A program made the position numbers and the translations under genes. This document shows positions 9,465-19,460 of a stretch of 64,000 nucleotides of DNA, one piece after another. Location of the stretch: the NCBI GenBank assembly GCA_035478595.1, contig DATIJL010000010.1, forward strand, positions 35,733 through 99,732. Direction: 5' to 3'. The notes under the pieces are model-generated. The model was not told the DNA's origin and made no database searches. It was given only the letters and a program-made list of their open reading frames with translations. Within the stretch, counting starts at the first letter, position 1; each line of letters opens with the position of its first letter. This DNA comes from Candidatus Chromulinivoraceae bacterium. GTDB lineage: Bacteria; Patescibacteriota; Saccharimonadia; Saccharimonadales; Saccharimonadaceae.

Positions 9465-11001
9465 ACTTGTTACGTTTACGGAGTGCTTTTTGTTTAATGA
9501 CATTGGCAGCGTCGCTGATCGTTTCGATAAGCTCAAGTTTCTTGAGTTGAGCCCGTAGCTTTTCGCGTGCATGATTGGTTTTTACAAGATCGAGCCATGC
9601 CTGTCGAGGATGTGATAATTTGCGCGTTACGACTTCGACCACATCACCATTCTGAAGAGGCTTGTCAAACGGATGAATGTTACCGTTCACCTTAAAACTA
9701 TAAGCATGCTTACCAATGTCACTATGTACCATAAAGGCGAAGTCGAGTGGTAGGGCGCCATAGGGTAGGTTATAAATGTCTCCCTTAGGCGAGTAAACAA
9801 AAATACGATCTCCAAAAAGATCGACATTAAGCTGGTCTTCGGATATGTCATCGCCTGAACGTAGACGAGAGGCGATTTCTTGAAGCTGAGTTATCCATTG
9901 CAGTTGTGCGGGTAGGTTTGAGACTGTACGTTTCTTAACATAGTCTTTAGAGTTTTTACGCTCGTGATAATGGAAACTAGCCGCAAGACCGCGTTCTGCG
10001 TAATCGTGCATCTCGTAGGTCCTAATCTGAAATTCCACTATTTGCTTACTCGGCGTGATAACTGTTGTATGAAGACTTTGATAGCCGTTTGGTTTTGGCA
10101 CGGCAATATAATCTTTAATACGCGAAATCATTGGTTGATACATCGAATGAAGAATGCCGAGTACTTTGTAGCAATCTTCTTTATTCTTTACGACTACGCG
10201 TAGTGCCATAAGGTCGTAGATGTCGTCGATGTTATCGCCAACTTTTTGTAGTTTTTTATGAAGACTATAGATGCTTTTAACACGGCCATTAACTTCAAAC
10301 TCGATGTTATGTTTTTTAAGTTCAACTTCCACCTCTTGACGAACGGCACCAAGTTTACGCGTGCTTTTCCCAAGTCGCTTCTTCATGAGATTACCGAGTC
10401 GGTGGTATTCCTTGGGGTCGAGATAACTAAAGGCGAGCTCTTCAATTTCCATTCGAACACGACCCATACCGAGACGGTCGGCCATGGGTGCAAAAACCTC
10501 AAGACTTTCACGGGCGATTTTTACTTGCTTTTCAGGCGGCATGTACTGCAGAGTAGAGAGGTTATGAAGACGGTCGGCAAGTTTAATGATAATGACGCGT
10601 ACGTCCTGACCGACGGCAATGAGCAGCTTTGAGAGGTTATCCTTGGTTTGCGGCAGATAGCTTTCAAGGTTGCGCATACCGGCTCGGGCTTGAGAAACCT
10701 TAGTAACTCCGTCGACTAAAAATGCAACGTCTCGTCCAAATAGGTTTTCGATGTTATCGAGCGTGGCATCCGTATCCTCTACGGTATCATGCAAGACGCC
10801 GGCAAGTACTGTGTCAATATCCATGCCCCAATCAATAAGTGTGGCCGCCACGGCAAGTGGATGAGATACATACGGCTCGCCACTTTTACGTTTTTGACCT
10901 TCGTGTGCTTTTGTTGCAAAGTCGATCGCATGATCAAGCTCAAGGATTTGATCTTCCTCGTAGTGAAGCTTAGCTTGATCGAGCACATGGTGTTTTTTCA
11001 T
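9463..11001 (-). CDS. rel: bifunctional (p)ppGpp synthetase/hydrolase, RelA/SpoT homologue, short form
   Basis: 512 aa. HD hydrolase motifs (HPLAVA, HDTVEDT), synthetase domain (YQSLHTTV) and a TGS-like region (IFVYSPKGDIYNLPYGALPLDFAF). It ends soon after TGS, so no ACT/RRM-type C-terminus is present. Confidence 0.9.
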   Translation of the reverse strand: MKKHHVLDQAKLHYEEDQILELDHAIDFATKAHEGQKRKSGEPYVSHPLAVAATLIDWGMDIDTVLAGVLHDTVEDTDATLDNIENLFGRDVAFLVDGVTKVSQARAGMRNLESYLPQTKDNLSKLLIAVGQDVRVIIIKLADRLHNLSTLQYMPPEKQVKIARESLEVFAPMADRLGMGRVRMEIEELAFSYLDPKEYHRLGNLMKKRLGKSTRKLGAVRQEVEVELKKHNIEFEVNGRVKSIYSLHKKLQKVGDNIDDIYDLMALRVVVKNKEDCYKVLGILHSMYQPMISRIKDYIAVPKPNGYQSLHTTVITPSKQIVEFQIRTYEMHDYAERGLAASFHYHERKNSKDYVKKRTVSNLPAQLQWITQLQEIASRLRSGDDISEDQLNVDLFGDRIFVYSPKGDIYNLPYGALPLDFAFMVHSDIGKHAYSFKVNGNIHPFDKPLQNGDVVEVVTRKLSHPRQAWLDLVKTNHAREKLRAQLKKLELIETISDAANVIKQKALRKRNK

Positions 11002-11177
11002 GTATTGCTAGTATAACACTAGTGGAAATAAAAAATATACTCTGTTGAGAGGAGAGGTGGTCGTTATATGAAATTTTTTATAGAGGCATTTTCATAACTC
11101 TATTGAGAGATGTGAAAATCAATATATAATTGATAGTGAAATGCTAATGCTTTTAAAAGATAAAGGGAGTAAGTTGT

Positions 11178-12206
11178 ATGAGTCAAGTAAACCTCGCGAT
11201 TAACGGCTTTGGTCGTATTGGTCGCAATGCCTTCAAGATCGCTTTTGAAAGGAGCGATCTGACAATTGTAGCTATTAATGATTTAACAGATACAAAAACC
11301 TTGGCACACCTATTAAAACACGATTCTTCGTATGGTAACTATCAGCACGAAGTGAGTTATGATGATGACGGTATCGTTGTGGATGGCAAACACATTAAGG
11401 TGTTAGCTCAAAAGGATCCAGCGCAACTGCCATGGCATGATCTTAAGGTCGACGTAGTCATTGAAAGTACGGGTTTTTTTGTTGAACCTGCTAAGGCGCG
11501 CGCACATATTGATCAGGCTGGTGCTAAACGAGTGATTATTAGTGCTCCGGCTAAGGGTGAAGGTTCGGACACTATTGTTCTTGGTGTTAACGAAGAACTA
11601 ATTGGAAAAGAAGGTACAAGCGACGTACTAAATAATGCAAGTTGTACGACCAACTGTATTACACCAGTTATGGCAGTGCTTGAGAGTAACTTCGGTATCG
11701 AAAAAGCTATGATGACAACCATCCACAGCTACACGGCTGACCAGCGACTACAAGATTCGCCACATAAAGATTTGCGTCGCGCACGTGCTGCGGCAGAAAA
11801 CATTGTACCAACGAGTACGGGTGCGAGTATTGCTGCTGGACAGGCTCTTCCTGCAATCGCTGGTGTGTTTGGTGGCTTGAGCATTCGCGTACCAACCCCA
11901 GTTGTAAGCCTTAGCGATTTTGTCGTAGTGACAAAACGCGATGTTACGATGGATGAGGTTATTGCTGCCTTTAAAAAAGCCGCTGACGAGCCATTCTACC
12001 AAGGGATTCTGTCGGTTACTGAAGAGCCTCTCGTCAGTAGCGATTTTAAAGGTAACAGCCATAGTGCGATTGTAGACTTACCATTAACAAACGTTGTTGG
12101 TGGCAACCTTGTAAAGGTTGTCGCATGGTATGACAACGAATGGGGTTATAGCAACCGCCTTGTAGAATTAACAGCGGATGTTGGACGTGCGCTTCAGCAG
12201 AGCTAG
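11178..12206 (+). CDS. gap: glyceraldehyde-3-phosphate dehydrogenase
   Basis: 342 aa with INGFGRIGRN NAD motif, catalytic SCTTNC and C-terminal WYDNEWGYS. Confidence 0.95.
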   Translation: MSQVNLAINGFGRIGRNAFKIAFERSDLTIVAINDLTDTKTLAHLLKHDSSYGNYQHEVSYDDDGIVVDGKHIKVLAQKDPAQLPWHDLKVDVVIESTGFFVEPAKARAHIDQAGAKRVIISAPAKGEGSDTIVLGVNEELIGKEGTSDVLNNASCTTNCITPVMAVLESNFGIEKAMMTTIHSYTADQRLQDSPHKDLRRARAAAENIVPTSTGASIAAGQALPAIAGVFGGLSIRVPTPVVSLSDFVVVTKRDVTMDEVIAAFKKAADEPFYQGILSVTEEPLVSSDFKGNSHSAIVDLPLTNVVGGNLVKVVAWYDNEWGYSNRLVELTADVGRALQQS

Positions 12207-12239
12207 TCTGCTTCATAAATAATCAAATAGGAAAGTTAT

Positions 12240-12521
12240 ATGTGGCAAACTTTAGTACTTGGTCTCCTAGCTGGAATATTTGCTGGTAACGGCGTTCCGC
12301 ACTTCGTTAGGGGTATTACGAAGCAGACGTATCCGATGATGTTTGGTAATGGACCGATCCCTAATCTTATTGCTGGGTGGACTAGCCTGGTGATTGCAGC
12401 TCTTCTAGCTCATTTCTCACGGACATATCAACACCCTCATGTCGCACTTGTGGCGATAGCGGTTGGAGTGTTACTCATTGGTCTTTTTCATGCGGGACAT
12501 GGAGCGTTCGGCAAGAAGTAA
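12240..12521 (+). CDS. small integral membrane protein, unknown function
   Basis: 93 aa, three hydrophobic segments, compact spacing after gap, followed by a terminator. No recognisable family. Confidence 0.5.
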   Translation: MWQTLVLGLLAGIFAGNGVPHFVRGITKQTYPMMFGNGPIPNLIAGWTSLVIAALLAHFSRTYQHPHVALVAIAVGVLLIGLFHAGHGAFGKK

Positions 12522-12541
12522 TAGAAACGCGAGATAGCGAC

Positions 12542-12578
12542 AAAGCACCCCTAAATTATATTGGGGTGCTTTTGTTTT
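12542..12578 (+). terminator. intrinsic terminator
   Basis: Stem aaagcacccc / ggggtgcttt with an 11-nt loop, followed by tttgtttt. Confidence 0.7.
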
Positions 12579-12604
12579 GACATAAAAATGCTTATACTTA
12601 AGAT

Positions 12605-13054
12605 ATGAAGATTTTCCTGGGTGCAGATCATCAAGGCTTTGCTATGAAAGAGCAAGTTTTTGCCTATCTCGTGAAACGTGGTTTTGATGTTGAAGATGTC
12701 GGAGATAAAGAGCTTTCGCCAGATGACGATTTTCCGGAATTTGCACAACTTGCTGCATTAAAGGTGCTTGGCAGTGACGACAAAGACCCACGTGCAATTT
12801 TACTTTGTGGTGGTGGCCAGGGAATGTGTATGGCGGCGAATCGTTTTAAGGGAATTCGAGCTAGTGTCATTTGGGACGCTTATGAGGCACGTATGACTCG
12901 TAATGACAACGATAGTAACGTGCTATGTCTTCCGTCGCGTGTTCTTAAAAATCACGAGGGCGAATGGAAAGATATCATAGACACCTGGGTTGATACGCCA
13001 TTTGCAAATGCCGCCAGGTTTAGGCGTCGTAATGCGCAGATTGATGAGCTGTAG
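12605..13054 (+). CDS. rpiB: ribose-5-phosphate isomerase B
   Basis: 149 aa starting MKIFLGADHQGF, with the CGGGQGMCMAANR active-site region typical of RpiB/LacAB. Confidence 0.9.
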   Translation: MKIFLGADHQGFAMKEQVFAYLVKRGFDVEDVGDKELSPDDDFPEFAQLAALKVLGSDDKDPRAILLCGGGQGMCMAANRFKGIRASVIWDAYEARMTRNDNDSNVLCLPSRVLKNHEGEWKDIIDTWVDTPFANAARFRRRNAQIDEL

Positions 13055-13056
13055 TT

Positions 13057-13701
13057 ATGAGTGTTATTGCCCCGGCGCTACTTGCTGAAACAGCCGATTC
13101 TTATAAAGAGATGGTAGAGCGTATTCACCCATTTGCGCAAAGAGTTCATATTGATATTAGTGATGGTGAGTTTGCACCGACATTTACTATTGGCGCTGCG
13201 CAGGTATGGTGGCCACAGGAATGGATAGTTGATATTCACGCCATGGTTGCTAGGCCGAGCGAACATCTCGAGACTCTCATCAGTCTCAAACCTCATATGA
13301 TTATTTTTCATGCAGAAGTAACAGAAGATATTGTACCGGTACTGCAGCATATTAAACAATTTGGTATTAAGGCCGGCGTGGCGTTACTGCGATCCACCGT
13401 GCCAGCTAAAGTTGCAAATGCTATTCAAGCAGCCGACCACGTTATGATTTTTAGCGGTGAACTGGGCAAATATGGTGGCACGGCGAGTTTGATGCAACTC
13501 GAGAAAGTTCGCCTTATCCGGATGATTCGTCAGGATGTCGAGATAGGCTGGGATGGTGGCGTTAATGTGGAGAATGCTTATAGCTTAGCTCAAGGTGGCG
13601 TCGACGTTCTTAACGTTGGTGGCGCGCTTGCAAAAGCAGCCGATCCTCAGGCTGCCTATACGGGTATGGTGAATGAGATCAATAAACATAGTGTGATTTA
13701 G
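13057..13701 (+). CDS. rpe: ribulose-phosphate 3-epimerase family protein (divergent)
   Basis: 214 aa TIM-barrel-like protein. HIDISDGEFAPT matches the HxDxMDGxFVP motif, and GWDGGVN and GGALAKA are present. Sits between rpiB and transketolase. Confidence 0.65.
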   Translation: MSVIAPALLAETADSYKEMVERIHPFAQRVHIDISDGEFAPTFTIGAAQVWWPQEWIVDIHAMVARPSEHLETLISLKPHMIIFHAEVTEDIVPVLQHIKQFGIKAGVALLRSTVPAKVANAIQAADHVMIFSGELGKYGGTASLMQLEKVRLIRMIRQDVEIGWDGGVNVENAYSLAQGGVDVLNVGGALAKAADPQAAYTGMVNEINKHSVI

Positions 13702-13773
13702 CGCATTCTCTCCGCATGAAAAACATGCTAAAGTATAGGTAAAGCATAAGCGCCTAAGGAGGGCTCGGGGCAG

Positions 13774-14637
13774 GTGAGTGTTAGACTGACGATAACGCAA
13801 CTGGAGCATAAAGCAAATGAAGTCCGTAAGGACATTATTAGCATGCTTGAAGCAGCAGGTAGCGGCCATAGCGCCGGTCCGCTTGATCTCGCCGATGCAG
13901 TAACGGCTCTATATTTTAATATCATGAATATTGATCCAGCACGTCCTGACTGGCCTGAGCGTGATGTATTTTTCCTTAGTAACGGCCATACTGTGCCAGT
14001 ACAGTATGCAGTCATGGCAGAGCGGGGCTATTTCCCTAAAGAGGAACTACTAACACTTCGAAAGCTCGGTAGTCGCCTACAAGGTCACCCTGAACGTACA
14101 AAACTACCAGGTCTCGAGAATACAAGTGGGCCGCTAGGGTGTGGTTTAAGTCAGGCGGCAGGTTACGCGTACTCATTACAATATTTTGAAGATGCTCGTC
14201 ATCGTTTCGTATATGTTATCACCGGTGACGGTGAGCTCGATGAGGGTAATATTTGGGAAGCTGCTATGTTTGCGGGCAAATATAAGCTAAGTCAGCTGAT
14301 TACATTTGTTGATCGTAACAATATTCAAATTGATGGTTCGACCGAGAATGTCATGCCACTTGAAGATCTCCGTGGTAAGTGGGAGAGCTTTGGTTGGCAC
14401 GTGCAGGAGATTGATGGCAATAACATCGAGAGTGTTATCGAGGCTGCTAGTATGGCTCGTGCGATTACTAACCGTCCGAGCGTCATTATTATGCATACCG
14501 TTCCAGGTAGAGGAGTCGATTTTATGGAATACGACTATAAATGGCACGGCGTGCCACCCAACAGTGAGCAAGCTAAAGAAGCGCTCACGAAGTTGCGGAC
14601 ACTTGACGGCAAGATCACCTCAGGAGATATAGAATAA
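13774..14637 (+). CDS. transketolase, N-terminal (TPP-binding) subunit
   Basis: 287 aa with GSGHSAGPLDLAD and ITGDGELDEGNIWEA motifs. GTG start after RBS aaggaggg. Stop overlaps the start of the C-terminal subunit gene (TAATG). Confidence 0.9.
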   Translation: MSVRLTITQLEHKANEVRKDIISMLEAAGSGHSAGPLDLADAVTALYFNIMNIDPARPDWPERDVFFLSNGHTVPVQYAVMAERGYFPKEELLTLRKLGSRLQGHPERTKLPGLENTSGPLGCGLSQAAGYAYSLQYFEDARHRFVYVITGDGELDEGNIWEAAMFAGKYKLSQLITFVDRNNIQIDGSTENVMPLEDLRGKWESFGWHVQEIDGNNIESVIEAASMARAITNRPSVIIMHTVPGRGVDFMEYDYKWHGVPPNSEQAKEALTKLRTLDGKITSGDIE

Positions 14638-15629
14638 TGTACCCACTTAACCCTGACCTCTATAATGACAATGTCAAGAAGGAGCCGATCCGTGCAGGTT
14701 TTGGCCGTGGCCTGAAAGCAGCAGGTGAGGCAAACGATAAAATTGTTGCGCTATGTGCAGATCTTACAGATAGTACCAAAATGTCACTATTTCGTGACGC
14801 TTTTCCCAATCGCTTTGTACAAGTAGGTATTGCTGAGCAGAACCTTGTGACCCTTGCAAGTGGTATGGCGCGTGCTGGCAAGATCCCTTTTACGAGCAGC
14901 TATGCAGCATTTAGCCCGGGTCGTAACTGGGAACAGATTCGCACAACAATTGCGCTTAATCAGCAACCAGTCAAAATTATCGGCTCGCACGCTGGCGTAA
15001 GTGTTGGTCCGGATGGCGCAACACATCAAATGCTTGAGGACATTGCACTTATGCGTGTGCTTCCTAATATGGTTGTTATCGCGCCAGGAGATAGTATCGA
15101 AGCTGAAAAAGCAACGAAAGCTATTGCGGAAAATGGCAAACCAACCTACATGCGTCTTGCTCGCGAAGGCACTCCAATTTTTAGTACCGAAGAATCTCCA
15201 TTTGAAATTGGTAAAGCCTACGTACTTCGTGAGGGTCGAGATGTCACGTTACTCGGTACTGGTACGATGACATATCAACTCCTCGTAGCAGCAACGGAAC
15301 TCGAGGAGCTAGGTATACAGGCGGAGGTCGTCCATGTGCCAACTATTAAGCCGCTCGATACGGAGACTATTCTTGCGAGCGTTAAAAAGACCGGTCGAGT
15401 TGTATCTGGTGAAGAGGCGCAGGCAGCTGGCGGCTTCGGTGGGGCTATTGCAGAACTACTCACTGAAAATCTGCCAACCCCACTGCTTCGTATTGGTATG
15501 AAGGATAGATTTGGTGAGAGTGGTAATCCTGAAGAACTGATGGCCTACTTCGGGCTAGACAGCCACTCTGTTGCACTTGATGTTAAAGACTTTACTGATG
15601 CTATGCCACGGTATCATCAGGGATTTTAA
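14637..15629 (+). CDS. transketolase, C-terminal (pyrimidine-binding) subunit
   Basis: 330 aa with FVQVGIAEQNLV and GPDGATHQMLEDIALMR motifs. Translationally coupled to the N-terminal subunit. Confidence 0.9.
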   Translation: MYPLNPDLYNDNVKKEPIRAGFGRGLKAAGEANDKIVALCADLTDSTKMSLFRDAFPNRFVQVGIAEQNLVTLASGMARAGKIPFTSSYAAFSPGRNWEQIRTTIALNQQPVKIIGSHAGVSVGPDGATHQMLEDIALMRVLPNMVVIAPGDSIEAEKATKAIAENGKPTYMRLAREGTPIFSTEESPFEIGKAYVLREGRDVTLLGTGTMTYQLLVAATELEELGIQAEVVHVPTIKPLDTETILASVKKTGRVVSGEEAQAAGGFGGAIAELLTENLPTPLLRIGMKDRFGESGNPEELMAYFGLDSHSVALDVKDFTDAMPRYHQGF

Positions 15630-15637
15630 GGAGGGTT

Positions 15638-16549
15638 ATGGGACTAACAATTAAGCAAATTCGCGACAACACGGTGCGAGCGCGTCATTTAATGCAGCGA
15701 TCGCGAAGACAAAAATTTGCCGTCGGTGCGTTTAATATTGATAACCAAGAGACACTGATCGCTGTTTCAAAGGCTGCGCAAAAATTACAGTCGCCAGTAC
15801 TCGTTGAAGTTAGCCATGGCGAGGTAGAAGCGATGGGAATTGAAAACATTCGCGACCTCGTTGATAACTATCGTGATGAGTATGGTGTTGAGATGTATAT
15901 CAATCTTGACCATAGCCCAACGGTTGATGCCTGCAAACGTGCGATTGATGCTGGGTATGAATTTATTCACATAGACATATCACAAGCGAATCACGATGCT
16001 CCACTTGACGAAATTATCGCCAAGACAAAGGAAGTGGTAGAGTATGCTAAATTTACAGGTGCACTTGTAGAGGCTGAAGAGCGATACTTTATGGGCTCCT
16101 CTAATCTTCACAAAGAGGCTATCGACTATGAAGAGGTAAAGAAATATAATACAACACCAAAAGAGGCAGCAAGTTTTGTTACGCAAACAGGTATTGATAC
16201 GCTTGCCGTTCAAATTGGTAACTTACATGGTTTATATTCTGTTCCTAAAAAACTTGATTTGGAGTTACTTCAAGAAATTCGCGATGTTATTGATTGTCAA
16301 ATAAGTCTGCATGGTGGTAGCGGTACCCCACTTCATTACTTTGAAGATGCAGCAAAAATAGGTGTGAGCAAAATTAACATCAATAGTGATATGCGCTATA
16401 CGTTCCGCAAAACGCTTGAAAGAGTTCTTTCAGAAAATCCCGATGAATACGCGATAGTTAAACTCATGCCTCAGGTTTACGATGCCGTTCAAGCCGTCGT
16501 AGAAGATAAAATCCATGCATTCGGTAGCGCTAAAAGGGCGATTCGCTAA
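15638..16549 (+). CDS. fba: class II fructose-bisphosphate aldolase
   Basis: 303 aa with AFNIDNQE, NLDHS and SLHGGSG motifs of class II aldolases. Confidence 0.85.
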   Translation: MGLTIKQIRDNTVRARHLMQRSRRQKFAVGAFNIDNQETLIAVSKAAQKLQSPVLVEVSHGEVEAMGIENIRDLVDNYRDEYGVEMYINLDHSPTVDACKRAIDAGYEFIHIDISQANHDAPLDEIIAKTKEVVEYAKFTGALVEAEERYFMGSSNLHKEAIDYEEVKKYNTTPKEAASFVTQTGIDTLAVQIGNLHGLYSVPKKLDLELLQEIRDVIDCQISLHGGSGTPLHYFEDAAKIGVSKININSDMRYTFRKTLERVLSENPDEYAIVKLMPQVYDAVQAVVEDKIHAFGSAKRAIR

Positions 16550-16557
16550 CCCTGACT

Positions 16558-17529
16558 ATGAGCGACAAGAAACCAGTCATTCTTGCCATCGGTAAGGCGT
16601 CGCAAGACGTATTTCTTACGAGCACTAAAGATTTTCAGCCATATCTTCATAAAGGCGTACAATATGAGCAGTTGCCACTTGGTAAAAAGTTACATGTTGA
16701 TCATATCTATTTTTCAACTGGTGGAAACGCTACAAACGCCGCCGTGACTTTTGCAAGGCAGGGACTACATAGTAAGTATATGTGGGTACTCGGAACGGAT
16801 ACGTCGAGTCAGGCTATTTTAAGTGCGCTTGACGAAGATGATGTTGATACGTCCGAAGTAATCCAAGATCAACATTACCAGCCAAGCTATTCAACAATTA
16901 TTCTTGCGCCTACTGGTGAACGTACGGTTTTAAACTATATGGGCACCGATATTGAGAAGTTCGTTCGTTCGTTTAACATTGAAGGGGTCACAAAGGTGGA
17001 CTGGCTCTATCTTTCGTCTGTTAATAACATGAAACTTCTTGAGAAAATCGTGTCTCTCGCAACTAAAGCTGGAGTTAAGATAATGATGAACCCATCAGGA
17101 GCTGAACTTGCTGAACCGCATAAGTTGAAGGCACTCCTTGAGGATGTCGAGGTTATTTCACTTAATAAAGAAGAGGCTCAAGAGCTCGTTTCAGGCGAGA
17201 CGCTTGAGGAACTTGCTCGTCACTTAACGCACTACTGCACGGTCGCGATCGTCTCCGACGGGCCTAACGGTGTAGTCGCGACAGACTCCAAAACTATAGT
17301 TCGAGCAGGTATGTACGAAGATGTTAAGGTGGTCGACCGACTTGGCGCGGGCGATGCATTTAGCTCAGGTTTTTTGAGCCAGTGGGCGGTAGGTAGATCA
17401 CTTGCTGACTCGATTATTTTTGCAAGCGCTAACTCTACATCCGTTGTAACAAAAATTGGAGCAAAACCAGGCATCCTGTATGCCAATGCAAAACTCCATT
17501 CTATGCCACTCCATGAGAAGCCGTTCTAG
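16558..17529 (+). CDS. PfkB-family carbohydrate/sugar-phosphate kinase
   Basis: 323 aa ribokinase-like fold with GGNATNAA and C-terminal DRLGAGDAFSSGF anion-hole motifs. Substrate cannot be read from the sequence. Confidence 0.8.
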   Translation: MSDKKPVILAIGKASQDVFLTSTKDFQPYLHKGVQYEQLPLGKKLHVDHIYFSTGGNATNAAVTFARQGLHSKYMWVLGTDTSSQAILSALDEDDVDTSEVIQDQHYQPSYSTIILAPTGERTVLNYMGTDIEKFVRSFNIEGVTKVDWLYLSSVNNMKLLEKIVSLATKAGVKIMMNPSGAELAEPHKLKALLEDVEVISLNKEEAQELVSGETLEELARHLTHYCTVAIVSDGPNGVVATDSKTIVRAGMYEDVKVVDRLGAGDAFSSGFLSQWAVGRSLADSIIFASANSTSVVTKIGAKPGILYANAKLHSMPLHEKPF

Positions 17530-17585
17530 ATTACCTAAGCGTAAACATGATATACTTCGTATAGAGAAATAAACGGAAGACAAAC

Positions 17586-18839
17586 ATGGCAAAATTTTTA
17601 CGTGACCTGCTTGATGCTGAAGAACCTGTTTTTTCCATGGCATTAAAGCAGCTTGAGAAAGCAAGCGGTCATCCTGGTGCTGATGCCAAATTAATTGGTA
17701 ACATCCTCGAGAAGGCGCATGATCGAATGCGTAAACTTGGACTCGATCCTTCCAATACGACTGGTCGGGAGTTTTATCAGGCACTCCTTGCGCGTATTGC
17801 AAGTGACAACGAGCGTGTAACAAAACTGGTGGGTGCAACAGATAGTAGCGATGTAAAGCAGCTCGTGCCTTTGCTTATAGATGCTGCAAATAAGGTTGAT
17901 TTTAACCGCCGTGTTTTTGTGATGAAACGAGAGAAGGCTAAAGAGTTTCTTCGACAGATGCCACCTAAAAACCTTATGGCAAAACTAGGCTATGAGACAG
18001 TAGACGCTTTGTTTCAAGGTGAAGATTTTGACGAAGTATACACTGCACTTAGGTTTTCGGAGGGCAGCGATTGGTTGAATGACTATAACGAGTGTCTCAA
18101 AACCGTCACAGTAGATGACTATGAGGAACGTGATATTCGTATTTTAGCGATGGATCACAATAAATACGTTGACCTCGCCGAGCGCTTTACCCAAAAGAAA
18201 CTCCATAACGTTACTCACACTAAGGAGCTGGGTGTTATTGTTGTTGTCCCGCTTCGGGATACGCATTCAAAGGGCTTAACGCTTAAGACATTGCCCCTTC
18301 TCTTGCACTATTTAAACGAGGTTAAGTTATATTCTAACTTTTTTAAACTCAAATCTCGTCAGCCTGACTTTGGTGAGATAGTCGTGACGACACTTATTGC
18401 TGATCCTGGTAATGCGAGTCAAATGGCTGGCCAATACGTTCACTGGCGTGTGATTCAGCGGTACTACGGTAAATTGAAAGACGAATCACACAAAGAGGAT
18501 TTTGAACCACATGTTCATCCCGAGGATCTTCATTGGCGCAAAGCCGAGGACCTTCTTTACCAAATAGATCCAAAAATGGAATTTTGGAGAGGGATTGACT
18601 ACGTTGCGCTACCCTTTGATGGCCTACCCGTCTCGGCGAATTTTGTCGATGCATCACTGAGTTACGCTAATAATATGACCTATGAGGATCGCTATTTTTA
18701 TCATATGCGCGAGAGTCTATGGAACGAGATATTTATTCGGTATATGAGTTATCCCAACCTCGAAAAACAGATTTTGCAGCAACTCGATAATGATATGGTA
18801 GCGCCTGAACAGCTGAATGTAGAAACGGAGAAGAAATAA
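17586..18839 (+). CDS. hypothetical protein (417 aa), no recognisable family
   Basis: Long uninterrupted ORF in a dense same-strand gene array. Its stop overlaps the next start (ATAATG). Soluble, no motif I can name. Confidence 0.6.
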   Translation: MAKFLRDLLDAEEPVFSMALKQLEKASGHPGADAKLIGNILEKAHDRMRKLGLDPSNTTGREFYQALLARIASDNERVTKLVGATDSSDVKQLVPLLIDAANKVDFNRRVFVMKREKAKEFLRQMPPKNLMAKLGYETVDALFQGEDFDEVYTALRFSEGSDWLNDYNECLKTVTVDDYEERDIRILAMDHNKYVDLAERFTQKKLHNVTHTKELGVIVVVPLRDTHSKGLTLKTLPLLLHYLNEVKLYSNFFKLKSRQPDFGEIVVTTLIADPGNASQMAGQYVHWRVIQRYYGKLKDESHKEDFEPHVHPEDLHWRKAEDLLYQIDPKMEFWRGIDYVALPFDGLPVSANFVDASLSYANNMTYEDRYFYHMRESLWNEIFIRYMSYPNLEKQILQQLDNDMVAPEQLNVETEKK

Positions 18840-19459
18840 TGAAGTATCAAATTTGTGTATCGGGCGCAGCAAGTGGTGATACGGTTCATAAATCGCACGA
18901 GCTTGCCTATGAGTTGGGAAAAGAGATTGCTAAATCAGGTAAGACTCTCCTTACGGGCGCTACGGTTGGATTGCCACATTATGCAGCCCGGGGTTTTGTG
19001 AGTATCCCTGATTCTATGGGCGTTTCGGTCGGCTTCTCTCCGGCAAGCTCGTTCCGTGAGCATGTTGCAACCTATAGGCTTCCGACAAAAGAATTCGACT
19101 ACATCAACTTTACGAGTATGGAATATGTTGGCCGTGATGTACATCTGGTTCGTAGCTGTGACGGTATTATTACTGTTGGTGGACGAATGGGCAGCTTGCA
19201 TGAGTTCTCGACGGCACTTGAAAGCAGAAAAGTTTGTGGTGTTCTTCTTGGAAGTGGTGGCCTAGCCGACTACATTCCGCGACTTTTGAAACACATTGAA
19301 GCGCCGGGCGCTAAAGATGTGATTTTCGATTCTGATCCACAGGCACTCGTACAGAAGGTTATTGCCGCCCTGGATGTAAAATATGCAGACTTTTTACAGC
19401 AAGGTGAGGTTGAAGATCTTGATCGAGACGAAGATTACCATAGGGTAGGGAAGGGATAA
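18839..19459 (+). CDS. SLOG/LOG-like Rossmann-fold protein (TIGR00725-like)
   Basis: 206 aa. N-terminal QICVSGAASG strand-loop, and VGGRMGSLHEFSTAL resembles the PGGxGTxxE motif of LOG/SLOG proteins. Translationally coupled to the preceding unknown gene. Confidence 0.5.
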   Translation: MKYQICVSGAASGDTVHKSHELAYELGKEIAKSGKTLLTGATVGLPHYAARGFVSIPDSMGVSVGFSPASSFREHVATYRLPTKEFDYINFTSMEYVGRDVHLVRSCDGIITVGGRMGSLHEFSTALESRKVCGVLLGSGGLADYIPRLLKHIEAPGAKDVIFDSDPQALVQKVIAALDVKYADFLQQGEVEDLDRDEDYHRVGKG

Positions 19460-19460
19460 T

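Noticed and set aside
11040-11095. 9-codon mini-ORF (MKFFIEAFS) with a GGAGAGGTGG-like RBS in the rel/gap divergent region as a leader peptide
   Set aside because: It is very short with no associated attenuator structure. A purine-rich stretch could be coincidental in a promoter region.
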